A stretch of DNA of 64,000 nt, taken from positions 4,030,001 through 4,094,000 of the forward strand of contig OZ218952.1 of NCBI GenBank assembly GCA_965112735.1, written 5' to 3'. Within the stretch, counting starts at the first letter, position 1; every line of letters starts with the position of its first letter. The translations under genes were made by a program, and so were the position numbers. Shown here piece by piece: positions 48,035-58,000 of this stretch. The notes below the pieces were generated by a model. That model was not told the origin of the DNA, did no database searches, and saw only the letters and a program-made list of their open reading frames with translations. The DNA is from Phaeosaccion multiseriatum (Eukaryota > Protista > Ochrophyta, other classes).

Positions 48035-49554
48035 ATGGATACGCTGCGATTCCTACTCCTCCTTTGTGCGGTAGGTATATTAGTAGTGCCCGTGGACGGC
48101 TTCCATGCCTTCACAAGCGTTTGCAGTGGTGGCACCCCTTCGCTATCAAGGGGGCCTTCCCAGGGCATGCAAATGTTCTTTGGTGGGAATCCAACAGCCT
48201 TTCCTAAGCTGTTCGACGGGTGGTTTAAGGTGGGTCGAGGGCAAGAGAGGGAGTACACGTCCTCGTTCGTGTAAATCAAGAAATGCACCCCCTTTCCCCC
48301 CTTCAGAAAAATGGCCAGATCGAGAAGGGCATGATCGCAGGCTGCAAAGCAAGTGGACTCAAGGTGAGAACAATTCCCATCAACGGGTTCTCCACTCTTG
48401 TTTTTCCTCATTCGCCCCCTTCTTACCCTTCTTGCTGCTGCTGCTGCTGCTGCTCAGGTTGGGGAACCACTGGAAGGTGTGTTGGGGTGGTGGAAGCTTC
48501 TCTATTGCGCCACTCCACCTCTGCAAGAGAAATGCATAACGTTTGTTTCTTCCCTGCTCCTTCCACCTCTCTCTTTCTTTCTCTCCCTCGATGTGTGTCT
48601 ATGTGTGTACGCACGCCGTGGTGCCGGATCCTGACGACTCGCTCTGGTCGAGGCAGTCCTTTTCCCTCCTGTTCCCAACTTGGACGAGGTAAGCGAGGTG
48701 CTGAACAATACAAGTCACGAATACGGGTCTGACGGATGATAGCACATGCGACATTCTCCTGCCCCCACCCCTTCTGTCCAAGAGAGAGGAGGAGTGGGAA
48801 GAAAACCACTCCGAACGCCCACCCACCTAATTGTCCGCCTTCGGAGCTCGCGTGCTCCCTGTCTGACCTCTGCTGCACAAGTGCCGATAGATGATGGATT
48901 ATTGACGACGCCTTGATCGACGATGGTTGCCCCCGCCATTTGCATAAACTCACCCCACCACCGCCCTCACCCGCGCGTGTCATGTTTACGTGTGCCCAAC
49001 AGGTGAACTTTGGGACGCCCCTCAACGCCCAGTTCGGGACGGAAATGGCTGTGGAGCTGGGCCTTCCGCCCTACAAGGTGGGAAGAATGCTAACCAATGA
49101 CCCAATGCAATCCGAGGAGGGTTTGCACTGCCTATACAGCAACGGTCATCATATCACACGATCAGCTCTAGCGCAACTAAACTTCCCTTGCCCACCCCCT
49201 CCCTTGTGTGTGCCCCCCCCCCCCCCTCCCTTCCTCGCGCCTTCTTCTGTGTCACTCTCAGCCCGGAAGCAGCGCGAAACGCTACCTGCTGCAGTGGGCA
49301 AGCGTGTACTGGGCCAAGAAGCTGGGGCAGGGCCTCGGGGGGAAGGTGTGGGCGGGTGAGTGAGTGAGTGAGTGAGTGAGTGAGGGCGAGTGAAGGGGGG
49401 GCTGACGGGTTTTTTTTTCGTTCGCTTGTCCCCATTCGTGAAGGCTTTGCTCCGTCCCGCGCGTCGATACTCTTGGGGCAATGATTCATTTCAAGCGTCA
49501 GGAGGATCGCATCTGCCGCCCCACGCCAGGCGCAAACACACTCATATACACACC

Positions 49555-49593
<39 letters not shown>

Positions 49594-50762
49594 TCAACCC
49601 CCTCCTCCACTCCTCTTTGGTGGTCTCGACGGCACTAGTGTGCGGAGACGGTTTGAAGAAGGACATTGTGTCAAAGCCAGGCAGTATCAACTTCGCGAGT
49701 ATGGCCAAGCCCGACACTTGGAAGGACATTAAGAAGGGCGATACCGTCCTCGTCGTCTCACCAGGCACCTCGCAGCAGTGGAGGATGGCAGAGGAGGCAT
49801 TCAAGGACAACAAGGTCAGGAGTCACAGGGGGGGGAGAGGATGGGAGGGAGAGGGCTTCTGGCGCCTCCTGCCTCTTGGCCAGGCAAAGGGGGGGTGGTA
49901 GAGGCGCTTTCAGCCGTACTTGAGGACGACCCTCCCCCTCCTTAACCCTTTCCCCCACGCACACCTCACTGCCATTTTGCGCCCTCATTTTCTTGCCGCC
50001 CGAGCGGATGAGACGAGCCACCAACTCCTTCCTTCCTCCCCTCCCTCCCTCCCTCCCTCCCTCCCTCCCTCCCTCCCTCCCTCCCTCCCTCCCTTCCCCC
50101 CTCCCTTCCTCCCTTCCTTCCTTCCTTCCTCCCTCCCTCCCTCCCTCCCTCTCTGCTTCCCTACTTCCTCCCTTCCTTCCTCCCTTCTCTTCTTTCGTTC
50201 CCCTTCTCCTCTGCAGGTGGTGTTTCTGAACGGACTCGTGAGCGACACATACGACCTAGGGGGGCCCTTACCTAGCCTCCGACAGGCGTACTACGTCAAG
50301 AGGATCAGCAAGGGGTGGGCCTTCAAGGCGGGCAAGCAGCCGTGGAAGGGCCTCTTAGAGAAGCCTGACGGCACCGTAGAGCTGGTGCAGAGCTATCCGG
50401 AAAGACCCTCATTGAGTGAATTGGCCACAGGGGTGAGAGACGAGGAGGAGGAGGGGGGGGGGGGGGGAGGAGGAAGAGGAGGAATGCGTTTTCTCTGCTG
50501 TACACAAGTCTGCTGACACCCATCAAGGTACTCTTCACTCTCTTCTGGTCGTCTTATCAGCTTCTCATTCTCATTGACAACGTGCTTCTCACCTGCAACG
50601 TACTCCCCGCTCTCATCTCGTCATGTTTACCGCCTTCCTTTACCTCACCCCATGCGCTGCCCCCCTCCTCCCTCACTTTTTCTGTAGGTAAGAGAGCTCT
50701 CCATGGCGAGATACGGGATGAATAACGACAGGTTTATGAAGGGGTTCGGGGAGAGGCTATGA
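48035..50762 (+). CDS. Plastid-targeted DUF1995-like protein
   Basis: Signal peptide ending VDG-F followed by a Ser-rich transit-like segment (heterokont bipartite targeting). Spliced motifs LEVLFPPVPNLDE, VVFLNG, AYYVKRISKGWAFK...PWK and YPERPS. Confidence 0.7.
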
Positions 50763-50794
50763 GAGGCCTTGGCGATAAGCTCTGTATGCTTAAC

Positions 50795-50872
50795 CTACTA
50801 CTACTACTACTCTACTACTACTACTACTACTACTACTATTACTACTACTTCTACTACTACTGCTACTACCAA

Positions 50873-50918
<46 letters not shown>
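50795..50918 (+). repeat. (TAC)n microsatellite in the 3' flank
   Basis: Read directly from the sequence. Confidence 0.9.
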
Positions 50919-51321
50919 GGGGTGCTGTCCTTGAGGCAGCAGGTTTTTAATAGGCGGGTCTAACTAGTAAGAAAAGAGAGGGAATGTGGAGCGGTGGCGC
51001 TAGGTAGGCTGAGTGGCGAAACAAGATTTTTTTGTGGTTAATAGACGTATATTCGTAAGAGGTGACTCCTTCCTCAGCAAAAGGCACGTATTCTGTCCTC
51101 CTCATCCTCCCGTCTTTCTCCGCCGCGATGCTCCCTCGAGCACCTCGGTTCCGCCTCAAAGGGAAAAAGAGGGAGACCCACCAGACCCACCGGCCGTGCC
51201 TCACCGACGTCCCAATACGGATCTCCGCAGACCTGCCTGCCGACAAACGTGGCCAGACTGCACACACAGCAACGCGCCTCCTCTTTCGAACTCTCTTCCC
51301 TGTGGCAAAGTAAGCCTTCTT

Positions 51322-51385
<64 letters not shown>

Positions 51386-51655
51386 CCTCCTTTCTTGTTC
51401 CGCCTTGTGTTGAGAAATCTAACTCGGCCCTCTAAAAGTTAGGACGAAGCAGGCCTGGAGCAAGCGCTGCATGGACTATGACACACACACGAGCGAAAGG
51501 GGCCTCACTTTCAACAGCGGTGCCGTGGATTAATTGATCGGGGGGGTGCGGGTTGGATTCCGGGTTGTCGTCAAGTCGGATGGCACTCGAAGGCTCGGTT
51601 TCCCCCCCCCCCCTTGTGTGTCACTCCTCTGCGAATCGCGAGGGCGATCATCATC

Positions 51656-54369
51656 ATGCTGATGATGCGAGTGATGTCGTTGAGGAGGGTGGTCAGGACC
51701 TGCATTGGCAGGAGGTCAAGACCGTTAGGAAGCACCTCTGCGCAACGTAGGGCAGAGACTGCGCTTTCCCTTCCACAATGCCCACAATGGTCCTGCTACT
51801 CGAATGGGGGACGGCGGGGGGGTGACAAGGCGAGGCAGAAGCAGCTCATGAGGGAGATCCAAGCTCTGGGTGCAAGCAAGGACTGGAAGAGGGTCGCGCC
51901 TACTCTGGAACGCGCACGGCGAGTGGGTCTGCAACCCAATCGGTACTATTTGAGTGCTGCCATTTCCGCGATTGGGAAGTGCGGGCGGTGGAAGGGCGCT
52001 TTGAAACTTCTGGAAGAGATGAAGAAGGAGGGTATTGAACCAGATGAGTACAGCTATAACTCAGTCATTACCGCTTGTGCCAATGGCAAGAACCACGTGG
52101 AGGCCTTGCGACTGCTCAGGAATATGAAGGCGGTAGGACTCAAGCCAGATGTTATCAGCTTCAATACCACCATTACTGCGTGTTCCAACGACAATAACGA
52201 AGTTGAGGCCCTGAAGCTCTTCAATGAGATGAAGGAGGTAGGAATCGCTCCCAACAAGAGGACCTATAACACTATCATTACGGCGTGTGGCAGAGCTGGC
52301 GAAAGTACACAGGCCCTGAAGCTCTTCAAGGAGATGAAGGCGGTAGGACTCAATCCTGATGTGATCAGCTTTAGTGCAGCCATCACTGCATGTGGCAACG
52401 ACAACAACCATGTGGAGGCCCTGAAGCTCTTCAAGGAGATGAAAGCGGTAGGACTCAGGCCTAATGTGATCAGCTACAATGCAGCCATTACTGCATGCTG
52501 TGCAAAGTCAGTCGTATGTCAGTGGCCCAGGCCTAGGCAACGCAGTGAGAAACGGTGCCCGTTTCTCACTAACCTCCCAGCAGGTTGGTCGTTTAGGATG
52601 GCTCACGGATAAAGCTAATAGAGACAAGGCTGGCTGCCAGGCTGGCTTTGGGGTTGTAAAGAGTCACGTTGCTCTCCACCTAGGATAGGAGTAGCCGCAT
52701 GGACAAGGTAACAGCAACCCCAAAGCCAGCCTGGCAGCAGCCTTGTATCTATTAGCTTTATCCGTGAGCCATCCTAAACGACCAACCTGCTGGGAGGTGA
52801 GTGAGAAACGGGCCACGCACCGTTTCTCACCGTATTTGCCTGGGCCTGGGCCATTGACAAAATACTGACTTTCAACAATGCGGCAACGGCAGCAACCACG
52901 TGGAGGCTCTGAAGCTCTTCAAGGAGATGAGGGGTGTAGGACTCAAGCCCGATGTGATCAGCTTCAATGCAGCAATCACTGCATGCGGCAACGACAACAA
53001 CCACGTGGAGGCCCTGAAGCTGCTCAAGGAGATGAAGGCGGTAGGACTCAAGCCTGATGTGATCAGCTTCAATGCAGCAATCACTGCATGCGGCAACGAC
53101 AACAAACACGTGGAGGCCCTGAAGCTGCTCAAGGAGATGAAGGCGGTAGGACTCAAGCCTGATGTGATCAGCTACAGCACAGCCATCACTGCATGTGGCA
53201 ACGACAACAACCATGTGGAGGCCCTGAAGCTCTTCAAGGAAATGAGGGGGGCAGGACTCAAGCCAACTGTGATCAGCTACAGCGCAGCCATCACTGCATG
53301 TGGCAACGGCAACAACCACGTGGAGGCCCTGAAGCTCTTCAAGGAGATGAAGGCGGTAGGACTGAAGCCTGATGTGATCAGCTACAGTGCAGCCATCACT
53401 GCATGTGGCAACGACAACAACCATGTGGAGGCGTTGAAGCTCCTCAGAGAGATGAAGGCGGTAGGACTCAAGCCTGATGTGATCAGCTTTAATGCTGCAA
53501 TCACTGCATGTGGCAACGACAACAACCATGTGGAGGCCCTGAAGCTCTTCAAGGAGATGAATGAGGTAGGAATCAAGCCGGATGTGATCAGCTACAGTGC
53601 AGCCATTACGGCATGTGGCAACGAAGATAACCACGTGGAGGCCCTGAAGCTGCTCAAGGAGATGAGGGGGGTTGGACTCAAACCAAATGTGGTCAGCTTC
53701 AATGCAGCCATCACTGCATGCGGCAACGACAATAACCACGTGGAGGCCCTGAAGCTGCTCAAGGAGATGAGGGGGGTTGGACTCAAACCAAATGTGGTCA
53801 GCTTCAATGCAGCCATCACTGCATGCGGCAACGACAACAACCACGTGGAGGCCCTGAAGCTGTTGAATGAGATGAAGGCGGTAGGGCTCAATCCTGATGT
53901 GATCAGCTACAGTGCAGCCATCACTGCGTGTGGCAACACGAATAACCACGTGGAGGCCCTGATGCTGTTGAATGAGATGAAAGCGGTAGGACTCAAGCCA
54001 GGTGTTATCAGCTACAGCTCAACCATTAATGCTCTGCAGGAGGGTGGCGACGAGGAGGCTGCTGACGAAGTGTACGCAGAGGCCGTGTCGCAAGGGGTCT
54101 TCAGACACTGGAACAAACCGGGGCAGGAGATGGACTTGCACGACTTCACAAGGGGAACGAGCAAGGCAGCGCTTCGTCACGTGCTCTCAGAGGCGAAGTC
54201 GGGGGCTGAGATCAAAGTCATCACAGGCCGAGGCCGAGGCAGCGAGGGCGGTGTCAGCATTCTCAAGCCCACTATGCTGGCCTATTTACAGGAGAGAGCA
54301 GGAGTCGAAGTGTGGGAAGATGAGCGCAATCCCGGGAGGGTGGTGATGCGGCTCGGTGGAGGGAAGTAA
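51656..54369 (+). CDS. PPR-SMR protein (~17 P-type PPR motifs + C-terminal SMR nuclease-like domain), probably organelle-targeted; interrupted by a MITE at 52499-52877
   Basis: Arg/Ser-rich presequence; 35-aa repeats VISYSAAITACGNDNNHVEALKLFKEMKAVGLKPD; SMR motifs MDLHDF, VITGRGRGS and NPGRV. ORFs 51614-52612 and 52900-54369 join in frame when the insertion is removed. Confidence 0.92.
52499..52877. mobile_element. 379-bp foldback MITE with TGT..ACA ends and a 4-bp TSD (Ginger-like); candidate spliced intron 52507-52892
   Basis: ~160-bp imperfect inverted arms (52499-52656 / 52715-52877) with a ~58-bp spacer; TSD atgc at 52495-52498 and 52878-52881. Confidence 0.92.
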
Positions 54370-54496
54370 AGGGTGGAGCCCTCTGGCTAGGTTTCGAGTC
54401 AGCTCTATGAGGAGGAGTGGTACCAGTAGAATATGGTGACGGCGAGTGAGAAGAAGCGACGCGGGCGGAAGGCGTTGCGAGGGTGCGTGCGTGTGG

Positions 54497-54713
54497 TCGG
54501 CCCCGGACAGGATTACAGCGGTCGCCGGCGATAAGCTGAAATCCGGCCGCCTGGCGCCGGCCATGAGCTGGAGTCCGGCTCAAGCTGACATGGCAGCCAA
54601 TTGGCGCCGGTCATGAGCTGAATCCGGGCTCGCGGGGGGGAAATATTCTTGAGGTGAAATCCGGCCGGCTGGCGCCGCCATAAGCATGAGCATACAATCC
54701 TGTCCAAGGTCGA
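54497..54713. mobile_element. MITE related to family B
   Basis: TIR tcggccccggacaggatt / aatcctgtccaaggtcga; internal repeats gcgccgg..at.agctgaa.tccgg; flanks gtgtgg / ttgtgg. Confidence 0.7.
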
Positions 54714-55068
54714 TTGTGGAGGGCGTGCCAGGCTCCCCTGATGCTCATCTCTCTGGGCTCGACAGCTTTAATGATCCATTCGCCCCGCCTTGGGGGGGCG
54801 AATTGTACCTGTAGAATGAAGTCAAGAGAAAAAAGGAAAAGAAAAAAATAAAGAAATGAGATGACAATTATTACTATTAGGCAGTTTGGTGCGGGGGCGG
54901 CGGCTCAGAAGGCGAGCGTTTACACAGAGCAGGCAACAGGCAGAGCACACGCGCTCAGCGGCTCTCAGCGTTTTGCTTGGGAGAAGAAGGAGAAGCAGTA
55001 GAAGCGGCAGAAAGTAGCAGAGAAGTAGGAGATTAGCATGTGTGAGTGAAGAAAGGCCTAGGCACAAA

Positions 55069-58000
55069 ATGGCCACCACCAGCACAGCCACGACCAGCAG
55101 CAGCCACTGCTGGGACCACATCCACTTCGATGGCTACGACGTGCTTGCTCTGGCGGCCTACCCTCCTACGGTGGTGCTGCTCGATGCTGCTGCGCTGGTG
55201 GTCATGCAGCGTATCGCCATGCCGAAGGGGTTGGGCGTACCCAGTCACCTAGTGTGGCAACCCACGTGCCCTACCACAGGGACTGGCTCGGGGAGGCTCG
55301 CCGTACTCGTGCCAGAAGAAGAAGAAGAAGAAGAAGGAGGAGGAGGAGGAGGAGGACGAGCGGCTGCTCAGTTTCCCACACTACTCATTCTGGCGCCCAG
55401 GACCTTGCTTCTGTCGAGCAGGGTACGGTACAGTTGGACTTGGTTGGCAAGGGTATCGCTCTCCGCGGTGGGAGCTGGGCGAGTCAGCAGAGGACTCTTG
55501 ATGGACTGGTCTTCGGAGGGCCCTTTGGTGGTGGCTGGAGGTGGAGGGAGTATCAGTGTGTGGTCCGTGGATGCGGTCAGGCACCGCCTCGACGGCTCTC
55601 AGAGTTTGCAAGCGGCGGATGAGCCCCACCCCTATGATGGGTTTAGCACGCTGCAGGAGAAGACGTCCGGGAGACTGCCTCGCCGCCTTGACTCTAGACT
55701 CGCTGACGAGGGCAATGCTAGTGGGGGGGGCAAGGATGGGCAGCATCACCAGCAGGAGGAGCAAGAGGAGGGGGCAGAGGTACTTCTGCCTGAAGGCACG
55801 AAGGACTACGACAGGGAGGGAGAGGCAGGGGACACGGCCGGGCCAGTCCTGGGGCACGAGAGAGGGAACGGGTACTCTCTTCAGGCGCTGCGAGAGGACG
55901 CGAAAGACGTGGTGGTGTGCGAGTGGACTGTGCACCCCCGGGAAGGATGCAGCAATTGCATCTCGCTCGCCGCCTCACCCTGTGGCTGCATGTTTGCTGT
56001 TGCCCAGGCCGGCTCAGGCACGGTGGTGGTCTGGAAGAGGAGGATGGAGACTGGAAAAGGAATAGAAGGAGCCTCGACAAGGGAGACATGGAATTTTTAC
56101 GAGTCGGCAGTACTGAAGACCTCTAAAGACGCGGGAATGGTGCGCATCCGCTGGGAGAAGGGTGTCGCAGCCGCACAGGACTACCTCCTCATGCTGGATG
56201 CGAGTGGCAAGGCCAAGCTCTGGATCGAGCGGCCACCGCCCCAATTCGAGGATCAGGCAACCGAAGCAGCGGCAGTGATAGAAGCAGTGGTAGAGGCTTT
56301 CCCTCTCACAATAGAAGGAGGTGGAGGAGGAGGAGGAGGAGGAGGGGGAGGAGGGGGGGGAGAAGGAGGAGGGGGTGATGGTGAAGGGGTAGGAGGGGGA
56401 GGACAGCAGGACCCACCACATAGCCCAGTGCGGGCTCCTACCCAAGTTGGTAAGTCGGCATGTCTGTCGCCAGTGCCAGCGCTGAGGGCGGCCTTTGTGG
56501 AAGCGTCCATGCTCCGCGCTTGGCTGGGATCGCAGTCAGATCTGCTGACCTTCAACTTTGTCCAGTGGGCCTACTTTGGCACCAGAGCTAGAGAGCTGTG
56601 CGTGGGGGGGCAGTCCAACACGCCTTACTATACGGTGAGAGGGACACCCCAAGAGAAAAGAGATAGAGAGAGAGTGAGAGGCAGAGAGGGGAGAGATGAC
56701 AAGGGGGAAAGGTGGAGGGGGCGGGAGGAAGGAAGCAGACGTGTTGATGTGCGGGTCTGGTCTTCGCCTGTGGCAACACTTAACTTGGTCGTCCTTCCTC
56801 CCCAAGGCCTTTCTCTCATTTCTCCTGCCCTGTGTGTTGCTCTCTCCCTCTCCCCCTCTCCCCCCCTCTCTCACTCACTCGTGCAGGTACATCAGCGTGA
56901 GGGCAGGGAGACGAGGGCGAGCAAGAGCTGGATCATGGGCGTGACTCGGTCAGGCTTGCTCAAGTTGTGGAGGGTGGTGGACATTTCGCTTCCCAGTGGC
57001 TGGAGTAAGCCGGAGCCCATGGAGGTTGCAGCTCTCAAGCTCTCAGACTTGGTGGCGGTAAGATTCACTTGCAATCTCGGTCTGTTTGACCCAAAGATAC
57101 CGTAAGATGATGGGGTGGAGGGCGTCGGTCTCCGACGGTGTACGGAGGAGACGTTTGACACAGATATGGCATATCTGCTCTACTCTAAGCGTCAAGTCGT
57201 ATCGACGTTTTATCTGACTGACGTACTGACTGACGTACTGACTTACTGCACCTGCTGCCACCCCAGGACGCGCCTCGTTTTTGGTCGAGGAGCCGTGGCG
57301 AGGGAGGGAACATTGGGCACACCTCCATCAGCACCATTGGCTTCTTCCACTCCGCAGACACCGACGGAGCCCCTAGAGAGCTCCAGGTGGTGGCCTTCAC
57401 AGCGGAAGGAGGGGACGCAGGAGGAGGGGTAGCAGGGGGGGGGGCAAGAATCCGCAGAGGCACAGCAGGGGCGGAGTCGTCGTCTGCGTCTGGGGGGGGG
57501 TATGCTTGCTGGTCGGCTCCGTCTCTGACGGTGATTAGTGCACGCCTCAACCATGACGAGGAGATGAACAAGTACGTGTTTACCAACGTCCGAGCGGCCA
57601 CTCTTCCCCTCCAGCAGTGGCATCCTAACAGCAGGAGCCCCAGCCTGAAGGGACTCGGCAACGGGTCCTCCCCTGCCGCGCTTTGCGTGGGGATGGGGGT
57701 GAGTATGGGGGTGGCCTGCTACAAGGGCGACCGCAGAGGAGGCAGTCGCAACGGCAGCAGTAGCAGCAGCAGTAGTAGTGGGGGTATTAGCACCAGTAGT
57801 GGCAGCAGCCAGGCGAGGACTTGTGCGTCCTCGTGTTCTCCGGCGGTGCACCCCACACTGCCCATGGCGGCGACAATCGAGGCGGGGAGAAGGAAGAGGC
57901 GAAGAGGCGAGGCAGCCCCGGGCGCTGCTACAAGGGTAGCTGTGTTCAGTTGGTTGAACGGAGGCAGTCACCTGCAGTCCATTCCGTTCCGCCCCACCGT

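Noticed and set aside
48364-48690. Apparent frame break in the DUF1995-like gene
   Set aside because: Resolved by a 19-nt micro-exon (~48458-48476) with canonical AG/GT, giving VGEPLEVLFPPVP.
52340-54010. Regular 105-bp repeats as a possible CRISPR-like array
   Set aside because: Contiguous in-frame PPR coding repeats with no unique spacers; eukaryotic context and no cas genes.
54778-54815. GC hairpin attcgcccc..ggggcgaat as a possible Helitron 3' end mobilising the PPR-SMR gene
   Set aside because: No CTRR terminus at the expected distance and no similar hairpin seen after the other two copies.
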